From: Hyalangium minutum
Lineage (GTDB): Bacteria > Myxococcota > Myxococcia > Myxococcales > Myxococcaceae
Direction: 5' to 3'
Assembly (NCBI RefSeq): GCF_000737315.1
Contig: NZ_JMCB01000012.1
Span: 124,001-188,000 of the forward strand
Length of the DNA stretch: 64,000 nucleotides
Shown here: one piece after another, positions 1 to 10,206 of the stretch
Layout: each line of letters starts with the position of its first letter
Numbering within the stretch: the first letter of the stretch is position 1
Program-made: the position numbers and the translations under genes
Notes under the pieces: generated by a model
Told to the model about the DNA's origin: nothing
The model's input: only the letters and a program-made list of their open reading frames with translations
Databases searched by the model: none

Positions 1-1347
1 GTGGCCGCCGCCACCACCGAGCGCTTCCCGCCGCTCTTCACCAACTCCTACCAGTCAGCCACCACCACCGCGCCGGCGCAGACGGTGAGCTTCAACGTCA
101 CCGCGCTGGATCCGCAGTCCAGCGCCATGACGTTCTCCTGGGTCTCGAGCATCGGTACGCTGGGCACGGCGCAGAACACCGCCAGCACCAGCCAAGTGGT
201 GTGGACGGCGCCCTCTTGCGCGGTAACGGGCGTTCCCGTCTCCATCACGGCGTTCGCGACCAACGCGTATGGCGTCTTCGCCTCGAAGACCTTCTCTGTC
301 ACGGGCCTGCCCGCGTGCGCGTCCGGATGGAGTACCGGGGCCTCGATGCTCACGAGCCGCTCGAACCACAGCGCCACGCTGCTGAGCTCCGGCAAGGTCC
401 TGGTTGTAGGGGGCTACAATAACAACTACCTCGCCTCGGCGGAGCTGTATGACCCGGCCACCAACACCTGGTCCGCCGCGGGCGTGCTGACCTCGCGCCG
501 CCGGTACCACACTGCGACCCTGCTGCCCTCGGGCAAGGTCCTCATCGCCGGCGGCACCGATGGCGGAGTCCTCGCCTCAGCGGAGCTGTATGACCCGGTC
601 ACCAACTCCTGGTCCGCCGCGGCCCCCATGGGCACCACGCGCCAGAACGCCACGGCGACACTGCTCGCCTCGGGCAAGGTGCTCGTCGCGGGCGGCATCA
701 ATAGCGGCTTCCTCAACTCGGTGGAGCTGTATGACCCAGCCACCAACTCCTGGTCCAACGCGGCGCCCATGAGCACGATGCGCACCGGCCACACCGCCAC
801 CTTCCTCCCGGCCTCCGGCAAAGTGCTCGTCACGGGCGGCAACACCTACAGCGGAGTCACCAACTCGGTGGAGCTGTACAACCCCACCACGAACTCCTGG
901 ACCACGGTGGCCCCGCTGAACACAGCCCGCAACGTCCACGCTGCGGCCGCGCTCGCTTCCGGCAAGGTGATCGTCACAGGGGGTTATAACGGCGCCTCCT
1001 ACTTCAACAACGCCGAGGTCTACGACCCGTCCACCAACACCTGGACCTCCGGGAGCACCTTCGGTGCGAGGCGCCAGGACCACACCGCCACCGCACTCGC
1101 TTCCGGCAAGGTCCTCCTCACGGGCGGGTACTACAGCTACTACAACGACGACGAAGACAACGGCACCGTCTTCCACGACGCCACGAGCCTCTACGACCCG
1201 GGCTCCAACACCTGGTCCTCCGGAGGAACGCTGCCGGGGGCTCGCGCGTACCACACGGCCACCCTGCTCCCCTCGGGCCGCGTCTTCGTCACCGGGGGCT
1301 ACAGCAACAGCGGCTTCCTGGGGACCTCGGCGCTCTACACGCCCTGA
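1..1347 (+). CDS. Kelch-repeat (7-blade beta-propeller) protein, 5' truncated by window; paralog of the next gene
   Basis: Seven repeats of HTATLLxSGKVLxxGG...ELYDP.TN.W. The preceding Ig-like/Cys segment aligns with that of the 1383..3665 product. Confidence 0.9.
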   Translation: MAAATTERFPPLFTNSYQSATTTAPAQTVSFNVTALDPQSSAMTFSWVSSIGTLGTAQNTASTSQVVWTAPSCAVTGVPVSITAFATNAYGVFASKTFSVTGLPACASGWSTGASMLTSRSNHSATLLSSGKVLVVGGYNNNYLASAELYDPATNTWSAAGVLTSRRRYHTATLLPSGKVLIAGGTDGGVLASAELYDPVTNSWSAAAPMGTTRQNATATLLASGKVLVAGGINSGFLNSVELYDPATNSWSNAAPMSTMRTGHTATFLPASGKVLVTGGNTYSGVTNSVELYNPTTNSWTTVAPLNTARNVHAAAALASGKVIVTGGYNGASYFNNAEVYDPSTNTWTSGSTFGARRQDHTATALASGKVLLTGGYYSYYNDDEDNGTVFHDATSLYDPGSNTWSSGGTLPGARAYHTATLLPSGRVFVTGGYSNSGFLGTSALYTP

Positions 1348-1382
1348 GCACCCGGCCCCCCATCGCTCCCAGGAAATCCATT

Positions 1383-3665
1383 ATGAGAACTCCCTTCTCT
1401 CGCGGGCTGCTGGCGCTCGGGCTGGTGCTGGCTGCCAGCTGTGCTGCCCCTTCCTCTTCCAACACCGGCTCGGTCCAGTTCGCGGTCTCGGTGCCCCAAG
1501 CCCTCTCCACCAGCGACATCACCCGCGTCAAGGTGACGGTCTCTGCTGAGGACATGGCCTCCCTCGCCATCGAGCTGGCCAAGACCCATGGCGTCTGGGG
1601 TGGCATCATCGGCAACATCCCCACAGGCTCCCAGCGCGTTTTCCTCGCGGAGGCCTTCGACGCCGCTGGCGTCAAGCGCTTCCAGGGACAGACCTCCGGC
1701 GTCACCCTCAACGCCAACCAGATCACTGCCGTCGTCCTGACCCTTCAGGAGCTGTCACCCCCTCCACCCTACTCCAACGAGGCACCCGTCATTGACTCCC
1801 TCGTGGCCTCCTCCACGTCTGTCCAGACGGGAGGCTCCCTCTCCCTGACAGCCACCATTCATGATCCCAACGCAGGAGACACCCTCACCTCCGCGTGGGC
1901 GGCCTCTGGTGGATCCTTCTCTGCTCCCACGACGACCTCCTCCTCCTGGACGGCTCCGGCGTCTCCAGGGGTGCACATGGTCACCTTCACTGTGACGGAC
2001 TCTCAGGGCGCCGCGGTCTCCGTCTCGCTCACTATCAACGTCGTCTCCGGTACCTCCACCGGCAACGCGGCCCTCACCATCTCCTTCAACCTGTGGCCAG
2101 TGGTCTCCAAGGTCTCCGCTTCCCTCAACCGCCTGGACGCGGGACAGTCCACCACCGTCTCCGCCCTCGTAGCCGATGCCGATGGCGATGCGCTCTCCTA
2201 TCAGTGGACGGCCTCCTGTCCGGGGACATGGACGAATGCGACCTCGAGCGCCGCTTCCTTCGTCCCCTCCTCCGTGCCGGCCGGTGCCTGCAACAACTGC
2301 AAGCTCACCGTCACCGTTCAGGACAGCCGCGGCGGGCAGACGACGGGCTCCCTCAACCTCTGTGTCACCTCGCCCACCACGGAGCGCTTCCCTCCTGCAT
2401 TCAGCAACTTCTTCCAATCCGCCACCTCCGTCTCTCCCGATCAGACCGTGGACCTGGAGGTCACAGCCCTGGACTCGCAGGCCAGCGCCCTGACGTTTGC
2501 GTGGAGCGCCAATAGCGGCTCGCTGGCCACGGCGCAGAACACCGCCAACACGAGCCGCGTCGTGTGGACGGCGCCTTCGTGCGTCATCACGGGTGTGACC
2601 CCCACCCTGACCGCGACCGTCACCAATGCCTATGGGCTCTCAGCCTCCAAGGCGTTCTCCGTGCCCGGCCTGCCCACGTGCGTTTCCGGATGGAGCTCCG
2701 CGGGCTCGATGGCCGGGGCCCGCGAGTTCCCCACCGCCACGCTGCTCGCCTCCGGCAAGGTGCTCGTCACGGGGGGACCCAATGCCGCCTTTGCGGAGCT
2801 GTATGACCCGGCCACCAACACCTGGTCCTCTGCGGGCGCCATGGCCTCGGACCGCTACGATCACACCGCCACCCTGCTCCCCTCCGGCAAGGTGCTCGTC
2901 ACGGGGGGCTACGGTGGCGGCCACCTCGCCACGGCGGAGTTGTATGACCCGGCCACCAACGCATGGTCCCCCGCAGGCACCCTGGCCACGGCGCGCTCCC
3001 AGCACACCGCCACCCTGCTCCCCTCCGGCAAGGTGCTCGTCGCAGGGGGATACAACGGAAGCATCCTGAGCTCCGCGGAGGTGTACGACCCAGCGACCAA
3101 CGCCTGGTCCTCTGCCAGCTCCATGGCCTTGAGCCGCTACTACCACACCGCTGTTCTGCTCTCTTCGGGCAAGGTGCTCATCGCGGGCGGCTTCTCTGGC
3201 ACCTACCTCCATTCCGCAGAGGTCTACGACCCGGCGAACAACTCCTGGTCCTCAGCCGGGTCCATGACCGTGAGGCGCTCCATGCACACCGCCACCCTGC
3301 TCCCCTCCGGCAAGGTGCTCGTCGCGGCGGGCGCGGGCACGTCTGGCAACCTCGCCTCCGCGGAGGTGTACGACCCAGCGACCAACGCCTGGTCCTCTGC
3401 CAGCTCCATGGCCTTGAGCCGCTACTCCCACACCGCTGTTCTGCTCTCTTCGGGCAAGGTGCTCATCGCGGGGGGTTTTAGCCTCGCGTACCTCGCCCAA
3501 GCGGAGGTGTACGACCCAGCCACCAACGCCTGGTCCTCCACTGGCTCCATGTCCATGGCCCGCTCGAAGCCCATCGCTACCTTGCTCCCCTCAGGCAGAG
3601 TGCTCGTCACCGGGGGCTTGAGTTCCTCTGGCTCTCTCGCCACGGCGGAGCTCTACACTCCCTAA
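1383..3665 (+). CDS. Kelch-repeat lipoprotein: lipobox, Ser/Thr-rich Ig-like domains, Cys linkers, 7 Kelch blades
   Basis: N-terminal LGLVLAASC lipobox; seven GKVLxxGG/ELYDP repeats at the C-terminus. Confidence 0.9.
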   Translation: MRTPFSRGLLALGLVLAASCAAPSSSNTGSVQFAVSVPQALSTSDITRVKVTVSAEDMASLAIELAKTHGVWGGIIGNIPTGSQRVFLAEAFDAAGVKRFQGQTSGVTLNANQITAVVLTLQELSPPPPYSNEAPVIDSLVASSTSVQTGGSLSLTATIHDPNAGDTLTSAWAASGGSFSAPTTTSSSWTAPASPGVHMVTFTVTDSQGAAVSVSLTINVVSGTSTGNAALTISFNLWPVVSKVSASLNRLDAGQSTTVSALVADADGDALSYQWTASCPGTWTNATSSAASFVPSSVPAGACNNCKLTVTVQDSRGGQTTGSLNLCVTSPTTERFPPAFSNFFQSATSVSPDQTVDLEVTALDSQASALTFAWSANSGSLATAQNTANTSRVVWTAPSCVITGVTPTLTATVTNAYGLSASKAFSVPGLPTCVSGWSSAGSMAGAREFPTATLLASGKVLVTGGPNAAFAELYDPATNTWSSAGAMASDRYDHTATLLPSGKVLVTGGYGGGHLATAELYDPATNAWSPAGTLATARSQHTATLLPSGKVLVAGGYNGSILSSAEVYDPATNAWSSASSMALSRYYHTAVLLSSGKVLIAGGFSGTYLHSAEVYDPANNSWSSAGSMTVRRSMHTATLLPSGKVLVAAGAGTSGNLASAEVYDPATNAWSSASSMALSRYSHTAVLLSSGKVLIAGGFSLAYLAQAEVYDPATNAWSSTGSMSMARSKPIATLLPSGRVLVTGGLSSSGSLATAELYTP
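3071..3472 (+). repeat. Intragenic direct repeat, 117 bp (3071-3187 vs 3356-3472), 1 mismatch
   Basis: Manual alignment: offset 285 bp; the only difference is 3142 A vs 3427 C. Confidence 0.9.
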
Positions 3666-3682
3666 AGAAAGGCGATGAACGA

Positions 3683-4399
3683 ATGAACCCAAGGCAAGCA
3701 CGGGTGTGGACGTGCGTGCTGGGGCTGCTGGGCTCCGGCTGCACTGCGGGCCGCGAAGCCGCCACACCGGTTCCCGTGGCGGCTCCTGCGCCTTCCACCC
3801 CCACCTGCCCGGAGTCCATTGTCGCGGACGTACCGCTGGAGGCGGACTACGGGCCGCGGATCCAGGCGCGCCACTGGCTGCCCGCGCTGGCGCCCTCGGA
3901 GTTCGCCTTCGTGCCCACGAACACCGTCGAGGCGTCCTTCCGCCAGAAGCTGGAGCTGGCCGAGGGCACCGTCGAGCTGCTCGGCATGGAGGAGCGCACC
4001 CAGCCTGTCATCGACGGAGGCGCGGCCCTGGTCATGGCGCGTCCAGTGGCCGGAGGCTTCTGCATCATCAACACCTGGGCCACCTGGCAGTCCACGGAGG
4101 TGGATGTGTCGCTCGCGGGCTCCTGGGTGCCTCCGGACAAGCGGATGGCCATCCTGCTGCTCAAGCTGGAGCTGGATCGGGCCGCGGGCGGCGAGGAGAC
4201 ACGGTGGGTGGTGCTCGGAACCGATGGAGCGCGGGCGTGGATCGCCCTGGGGCAGCCCCCCGAGCATCAGCTCATCGCGCCCTCCGTCTCGCTGTCTCCC
4301 AAGAAGGATCAGCTCTGCCTCGACGTGAAGATCGAGTACGTCAACCGGCTGCGCCTGAGCACGGACGGGCACTTCGTCCAGGCCGCCCCCAAGCGCTGA
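3683..4399 (+). CDS. Hypothetical lipoprotein
   Basis: Hydrophobic N-terminus with LLGSGC lipobox, Pro/Ala linker, GC3-rich coding pattern; no family recognised. Confidence 0.65.
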   Translation: MNPRQARVWTCVLGLLGSGCTAGREAATPVPVAAPAPSTPTCPESIVADVPLEADYGPRIQARHWLPALAPSEFAFVPTNTVEASFRQKLELAEGTVELLGMEERTQPVIDGGAALVMARPVAGGFCIINTWATWQSTEVDVSLAGSWVPPDKRMAILLLKLELDRAAGGEETRWVVLGTDGARAWIALGQPPEHQLIAPSVSLSPKKDQLCLDVKIEYVNRLRLSTDGHFVQAAPKR

Positions 4400-4525
4400 T
4401 CCGGGCTTCTTGAGCGCCACGCTCGCTCGGCTGTTGCGAGGGCCTGCGGGCAGCCCTTGCTTTGCGGCGCCCGCCTGCCGTCTCCACCTTGGGAGGGGAC
4501 TTCATCTCATCCAAGGAGCTTTCCC

Positions 4526-5341
4526 ATGGCAGGGACCCTGACGTCATCCCCGCGTCCGCTCGCGGTCATCACCGGAGCGTCGAGCGGCATTGGCTTCGAA
4601 TTGGCCAGGCAGTTCGCGCAGCACGGCTTCGATTTGTTCATCGCGGCGGAGGACATCGGCATCCTGGACGCCGAGGCGGGCCTGAGTTCCCTGGGGGTTC
4701 AGGTCGAGAGCCTGCAGGTCGACTTGGCGACCTACCAGGGCGTCGAGCAGCTTTGGGCGCGGGTCCAGGCCACGGGCCGGCCGGTGGACTCGCTGGCACT
4801 GAACGCGGGTGTCGGCGTCGGCGGTGACTTCGCGCGGGAGACGTCGCTCGAGGCGGAGCTCAACCTCATCCAGCTCAACGTCACGTCCACGGTGCACCTG
4901 GCCAAGCGCGCGGTGCGAGACATGGTGAAGCGCGGCAGCGGGCGCATCCTCATCACGTCATCCGTTGCCGCGACGATGCCCTCGCCGCTGGAGGCGGTCT
5001 ACGGCGCATCCAAGGCCTTCGTGCAGGCCTTCGCGGAGTCCTTGCGCAACGAGCTCAAGGACGCGGGAATCACCGTCACCTCTTTGATGCCGGGCCCCAC
5101 CGAGACGAACTTCTTCCACCGCGCAGGGATGGACCACACCCGGGTCGGCCAGCAGGAGAAGGACGATGCCGAGACCGTGGCGCGTGAGGGCTTCAAGGCG
5201 CTCATGGCCGGCAAGGAGAAGGTCGTTGCCGGCTCCTGGAGCAACAAGGCCATGGTCGCCGGAGGCAGGATCCTCCCCGAGTCGGTGAAGGCGGCCATGC
5301 ACCGCCACCTCTCCGAGCCGGTGCCCGACAAGAAGTCCTGA
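4526..5341 (+). CDS. Short-chain dehydrogenase/reductase (SDR)
   Basis: TGASSGIG Rossmann motif, NAG, YGASK catalytic motif; AAGGAG RBS before ATG 4526. Confidence 0.92.
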   Translation: MAGTLTSSPRPLAVITGASSGIGFELARQFAQHGFDLFIAAEDIGILDAEAGLSSLGVQVESLQVDLATYQGVEQLWARVQATGRPVDSLALNAGVGVGGDFARETSLEAELNLIQLNVTSTVHLAKRAVRDMVKRGSGRILITSSVAATMPSPLEAVYGASKAFVQAFAESLRNELKDAGITVTSLMPGPTETNFFHRAGMDHTRVGQQEKDDAETVAREGFKALMAGKEKVVAGSWSNKAMVAGGRILPESVKAAMHRHLSEPVPDKKS

Positions 5342-5344
5342 CGC

Positions 5345-7210
5345 TTACGGCTGGGCCTGAGCCGGCGCGCTCAGGCTCACCGGGGCCCGGCCTCTCGGGG
5401 ACTGCTCGCCCTTCCCTTGGAAGGGCCACAGCACCGGCACCGCAAACACCAAGAAGGCCACCATCACCGCCGTCAGCGGCGTGCCCAGCCGGAAGAAGTC
5501 CGTGAACCGGTAGTGCCCAGGGCCGTACACGAGCACGCAGCTGGGCTCCAGCGGCGTGATGAACGAGCAGCTCGCCGCCAGCGTCACCCCGATGGCGAAC
5601 GGCCGCGCATCCACTCCCAGCTGCGCCGCCGCGCTCACCGCCACCGGCAGCACCACCAGCGCCGCCGCCTGGTTGCTCATGGGCGCCGACAGCACGATGG
5701 TCAGCACCATCAGCGACAGCAGCACCAGGCGCGGGCCCCCATACGAGCCCAGCTGCGCCGCCAGCCCGCCCAGGTACTTGCCCGCCCCGCTCACCTCCAT
5801 GGCCACGCCCAGCGCCATCATCGAGCCGATGAGCAGCACCACTCGCCAGTCCACCCGGAACGCAATCCGCGAGTCCACGCACCCGGTGACGATCATCGCC
5901 AGCATGCCCACCAGCCCCGCCACCGCCATGGGCACCAGCCCCAACGTCCCCGCCGCCAGGGCGCCCAGGAAGATGCTCACCGCCATCAGCGCCTTGCGGT
6001 AGCGCGGCGGCTGGTACTCCACATCCGTGAGCACCAACAGCGTCGTGCCATCCGACAGCTCTGCCACCCGAGAGCGAGGCCCGCGCAGCAACAGCACATC
6101 CCCCACCGACAGCGGCATCGCCGACAGCGACTGCTCCCCGAAGATGCGCCCCAGCATCTGCAGCTTCGTGAGCCGCTGAATGGCCGGCTTGCGGTGCAGC
6201 GCCAGCGCCACCAGTCCGTAGCGCTCCACGAAGAGCACCTCCTTCAGGCTGCGCCCCACCAGCGGGCTCCCTGGCGGCACGCTCGCCTCCAGCAGCACCG
6301 CGTCCCGCTCGCGCAGATCTTCATCCCCCAGCCTCACGTCCGGGCGGATGCCGATGCCCTGCAGGTCCTTCACCCGGAGGATGTCCTCGCGCTTCCCCTC
6401 GATGATGATGCGCTCGTCCCCGGCCAGCACGTGCTTGGGCACCGCCGGCAGAGGCTGCCCATCCCGGATCAGCCCGATGACGCGCAGTCCCAGCCCCTCG
6501 GTGATGTCCGCCAGCTCCTTGCCCAGGTAGCGCGAGTCCGGCGGAAGCACCGCCTCCGTGAGGTAGTCGCGCACGGACCAGTCACTCATCCCCCCGTCGC
6601 CCGCTCGCGAGGGCAGCAGCAGAGGCCCCAGCAGCACCACCACCAGAATCCCCACCACCGCCACCGGCAGTCCCACCGGCGCCAGTTCCGTCACGCCAAT
6701 CCCCTTCATCCCCAGCTTCTCCATCGCCGCTGAGGCCACCAGGTTCGTGGACGTGCCGTACAAGAAGATCATCCCGCCCAGCATCGACGCGTACGCCAGG
6801 GGCAGCAGCACCTTGCTCTTGGGCACCTTGGCCCGGTGCGCCGCGCCGATGGCCACCGGCAGGAACGCCGCCGTCGTCACCGTGTTGGAGATGATGGACG
6901 AGAACGCCGCCACCGCTCCCATCATCGCCAGCACGAACATCTGGTGCCCGTAGCGCGCGAAGAAGGAGAGCCGCTGCCCCACCATCTGCACCACGCCCGT
7001 GGAGGCAAGCCCCTGTGTCATCGCCAGCAGGGTGAAGATGAAGATGACGGTGTCGTTGCTGAAGCCCTCGAAGGCCTGCGCCGGCGTGAGCACCCGGGTG
7101 ATCGCCAGCAGACACACCACGGTCAGTGAGCTCACCTCGATGGGAATGGTCTCCAAGGAGAAGAGCACCAGCGCGACAACCACAATTCCCAGCACGATGG
7201 CGATGGTCAT
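5345..7210 (-). CDS. SLC13/CitMHS-type permease with two TrkA-C (RCK_C) domains
   Basis: Multi-TM N- and C-halves, SNTVTT and SNQAAA motifs, central soluble TrkA-C repeats (LPPDSRYLGK, VPPGSPLVGRSL). Confidence 0.88.
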   Translation of the reverse strand: MTIAIVLGIVVVALVLFSLETIPIEVSSLTVVCLLAITRVLTPAQAFEGFSNDTVIFIFTLLAMTQGLASTGVVQMVGQRLSFFARYGHQMFVLAMMGAVAAFSSIISNTVTTAAFLPVAIGAAHRAKVPKSKVLLPLAYASMLGGMIFLYGTSTNLVASAAMEKLGMKGIGVTELAPVGLPVAVVGILVVVLLGPLLLPSRAGDGGMSDWSVRDYLTEAVLPPDSRYLGKELADITEGLGLRVIGLIRDGQPLPAVPKHVLAGDERIIIEGKREDILRVKDLQGIGIRPDVRLGDEDLRERDAVLLEASVPPGSPLVGRSLKEVLFVERYGLVALALHRKPAIQRLTKLQMLGRIFGEQSLSAMPLSVGDVLLLRGPRSRVAELSDGTTLLVLTDVEYQPPRYRKALMAVSIFLGALAAGTLGLVPMAVAGLVGMLAMIVTGCVDSRIAFRVDWRVVLLIGSMMALGVAMEVSGAGKYLGGLAAQLGSYGGPRLVLLSLMVLTIVLSAPMSNQAAALVVLPVAVSAAAQLGVDARPFAIGVTLAASCSFITPLEPSCVLVYGPGHYRFTDFFRLGTPLTAVMVAFLVFAVPVLWPFQGKGEQSPRGRAPVSLSAPAQAQP

Positions 7211-7471
7211 AAGGGAAGCCCGGCAACGTGGGGACAGGTGCGCCTCCAAGCGAGTCTTCGACGCACTGCATCGTCAGCTAATGGATGCTTCCCGTCTGAT
7301 AAGTGAAATTAGAGGAGCCCTGTTCACCCGGCAGGTTCACTGCCGGACGGGTGTTGCTTTGAGGGGCCCCCTTCATGAAGTTTTGCCCCCTCTCCCATTG
7401 CTACCGTCCCGCGCCTCAGCAACGGACGTACAAGGGGGGGATTACCTTTGAGACGACACGAGGAAACTTCC

Positions 7472-9259
7472 ATGGCTTCGACGCAGATGGCGGCCGTTGG
7501 CGACGCGCCGACGAAGAACCAGGCCCTGCTCCAGTGGGTGTCCCGCTGCGTGCGGATGACGCAGCCGGACCGCGTAGTGTGGTGCGACGGCTCCGAAGAG
7601 GAGAAGAAGCGCCTGACGGATCAGGCGGTGAAGGAGGGCATCCTCATCCCGCTGAACCAGGAGAAGCGCCCGGGCTGCTATCTCCACCGCTCCAACCCCA
7701 ACGACGTGGCGCGCGTGGAGCACCTCACCTTCATCTGCACGCCCAACAAGACGGACGCCGGGCCCACCAACAACTGGATGGACCCCGAGGAGGCCTACAC
7801 CAAGCTGGGCCAGCTCTTCGACGGCTGCATGAAGGGCCGCACCCTGTACGTGGTGCCCTACGTCATGGGCCCGCTGGGCAGCCCCTACGCCAAGATTGGC
7901 GTAGAGCTCACCGACAGCATCTACGTGGCGCTCAACATGCGGATCATGACCCGCATGGGCAAGGCGGCCCTGGACATGCTGGGGGACTCGGATGACTTCA
8001 ACCGCGGCCTGCACAGCACCGGTGACGTGAACCCGGACCGCCGCTACATCTGCCACTTCCCCCACGACAACACCATCTGGAGCTTCGGCTCGGGGTACGG
8101 CGGCAACGTGCTGCTGGGCAAGAAGTGCCTGGCGCTGCGCATCGGCAGCTACCTGGGCCGCGAGGAGGGCTGGCTCGCCGAGCACATGCTCATCCTCGGC
8201 GTGACGGACCCGAAGGGGCAGACCACCTACGTGGCCGCCGCGTTCCCGTCCGCCTGCGGCAAGACGAACTTCGCGATGATGATTCCGCCCGGCGAGTACA
8301 AGGGCTGGAAGGTGGAGACGGTGGGCGATGACATCGCCTGGATGCGCGTGGGCCCGGACGGCCGCCTGTACGCCATCAACCCGGAGGCGGGCTACTTCGG
8401 CGTGGTGCCTGGCACCAACAACAAGACCAACCCGAACGCGATGGCCACCATCGCCAAGGACACCCTGTTCACCAACGTGGCACTGACGCCGGACGGGGAC
8501 GTGTGGTGGGAGGGTAAGGACGGCGAGGTGCCCGCCGAGCTCACCGACTGGCAGGGCCGCCCCTGGAAGCCGGGCAACGGCGAGAAGGCGGCGCACCCCA
8601 ACAGCCGCTTCACCGCGCCGATGACGAACAACCCGGCGCTCAGCTCCAAGGCGAATGATCCGCAGGGCGTGCCCATCAGCGCCATCATCTTCGGCGGGCG
8701 CCGCTCCAACACGGTCCCGCTGGTGCTCCAGGCCTTCAACTGGACGCACGGCGTGTTCCTGGGCGCCACCATGGGCAGCGAGACGACGGCCGCCGCCACC
8801 GGCAAGGTGGGCGTGGTCCGGAGAGACCCGATGGCCATGCTGCCCTTCTGCGGCTACCACATGGGCGACTACCTCCAGCACTGGCTGGACATGCAGAAGT
8901 CCATCACCCACCTGCCGAAGATCTTCCAGGTGAACTGGTTCCGGCAGGACAAGAACGGCAAGTACCTGTGGCCGGGCTACGGCGACAACATGCGCGTGCT
9001 GGAGTGGATCGTGAACCGCGTCCACGGCCGCGTGCCCACGCAGGAGACGCTGCTGGGCTGGGTGCCGCGCCAGGGTGACATCAACACCCAGGGCCTGGAC
9101 CTCAACCCCGAGGCCATGGCGGAGTCCACCTCCATCAAGGCCGACGAGTGGCGCAGCGAGCTCAAGAGCCAGGAGGTCTTCTTCGAGCAGCTGGGCACCA
9201 AGGCGCCCGAGGCGCTCATGCTCCAGCGCAAGCTGCTGATCTCCCGCCTGGGCAACTAG
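7472..9259 (+). CDS. pckG: Phosphoenolpyruvate carboxykinase (GTP)
   Basis: [10 protein letters not shown]-loop, [28 protein letters not shown]; GAGGA RBS. Confidence 0.97.
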   Translation: MASTQMAAVGDAPTKNQALLQWVSRCVRMTQPDRVVWCDGSEEEKKRLTDQAVKEGILIPLNQEKRPGCYLHRSNPNDVARVEHLTFICTPNKTDAGPTNNWMDPEEAYTKLGQLFDGCMKGRTLYVVPYVMGPLGSPYAKIGVELTDSIYVALNMRIMTRMGKAALDMLGDSDDFNRGLHSTGDVNPDRRYICHFPHDNTIWSFGSGYGGNVLLGKKCLALRIGSYLGREEGWLAEHMLILGVTDPKGQTTYVAAAFPSACGKTNFAMMIPPGEYKGWKVETVGDDIAWMRVGPDGRLYAINPEAGYFGVVPGTNNKTNPNAMATIAKDTLFTNVALTPDGDVWWEGKDGEVPAELTDWQGRPWKPGNGEKAAHPNSRFTAPMTNNPALSSKANDPQGVPISAIIFGGRRSNTVPLVLQAFNWTHGVFLGATMGSETTAAATGKVGVVRRDPMAMLPFCGYHMGDYLQHWLDMQKSITHLPKIFQVNWFRQDKNGKYLWPGYGDNMRVLEWIVNRVHGRVPTQETLLGWVPRQGDINTQGLDLNPEAMAESTSIKADEWRSELKSQEVFFEQLGTKAPEALMLQRKLLISRLGN

Positions 9260-9289
9260 GCAGGCGGCGCCCCTCCCGAGGGGTCCTCC

Positions 9290-9332
9290 AGGGCCGTCCC
9301 GTCCATGGGGTCGGGGCGGCCCTTCGTGTTTT
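9290..9332 (+). terminator. Intrinsic terminator after pckG
   Basis: AGGGCCG(9290-96)/CGGCCCT(9317-23) stem with inner extension, followed by TCGTGTTTT. Confidence 0.65.
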
Positions 9333-9378
9333 CGGGGACTGTTCGCCCCAGAACGGGTTCAGCGGTAGGCTGGGCCCC

Positions 9379-10206
9379 ATGAGACTGGCTTTCCTGTTGT
9401 CGATGGCCCTGCTGGTGGCCATGCCCTCGGGGGCGTGGGCACAGAAGGGGGCGAAGAACCCGGCCGCGCTCGTGAAGGAGGGAGAGCGGCTGTACAACGC
9501 GGGCAAGTATCGCGAGGCCGCCGAGGTCCTGAAGAAGGCCCAGGAGGCCCAGCCCAACTCCAAGCTCATCTACAACATCGCCCGCGCCTACGAGCAGGCG
9601 GGCGACCTGCGCGAGTCGCTCAGCTACTACCAGCAGTACGTGGGACAGAACACCGAGGAGGCGGACCCCACGCTGCTCAAGCGCTCGGCGCTGGCCATCG
9701 ACCGGCTGCGGGTGCTCATCGACAAGGAGGCGAAGGCCGCGGCCGAGGCGGAGGTTGAGCGCAAGCGCCTCCAGGAGCAGGCGGACGCGTCCCGGCGCAA
9801 GGCGGAGGAAGAGCAAGCCGCCGCCCGCCGCGCCGAGGAGGTCTCCCGGCAGCAGCAAAAGGCCGAGCAGGAGCGGGCCCTGGCGGACTACCGGCGCTCG
9901 CGCGTGATTGCCTTCAGCCTGGGCGGCCTGTCCGCCGTCAGCCTCGGAGGCGGCCTCTTCTTCGGGCTCCAGGCGCGGGATGCGCGCACCAAGTTCGATG
10001 ACGCCACCAACCTGGACGGCAAGCAGACCGCGGCGGATACCACCCGCAGCAAGGCGCTGCTGGCGGACATCGGCATGGGCGTGGGACTGGCCGCCGCCAT
10101 TGGCGCCATCATCGTCTTCCCCAAGGAGGGTCCTCCGGCCGAGGGCGAGGTGCGCTTGACGCTCGCCCCGCGCGGGACCGGTGCGGGTGTGGAGGTGAGC
10201 TTCTAA
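9379..10206 (+). CDS. Secreted TPR protein with coiled coil and C-terminal hydrophobic segments
   Basis: Signal peptide (PSGAWA), TPR helices (EGERLYNAGKYREA, LIYNIARAYEQAG), charged coil, two Gly-rich hydrophobic helices, ends GVEVSF. Confidence 0.8.
   Translation: MRLAFLLSMALLVAMPSGAWAQKGAKNPAALVKEGERLYNAGKYREAAEVLKKAQEAQPNSKLIYNIARAYEQAGDLRESLSYYQQYVGQNTEEADPTLLKRSALAIDRLRVLIDKEAKAAAEAEVERKRLQEQADASRRKAEEEQAAARRAEEVSRQQQKAEQERALADYRRSRVIAFSLGGLSAVSLGGGLFFGLQARDARTKFDDATNLDGKQTAADTTRSKALLADIGMGVGLAAAIGAIIVFPKEGPPAEGEVRLTLAPRGTGAGVEVSF

Noticed and set aside
330-3660. Regularly spaced ~141-144 bp repeats resembling a CRISPR or repeat array
   Set aside because: They are in-frame Kelch blades inside coding sequence; there are no unique spacers and no cas genes.
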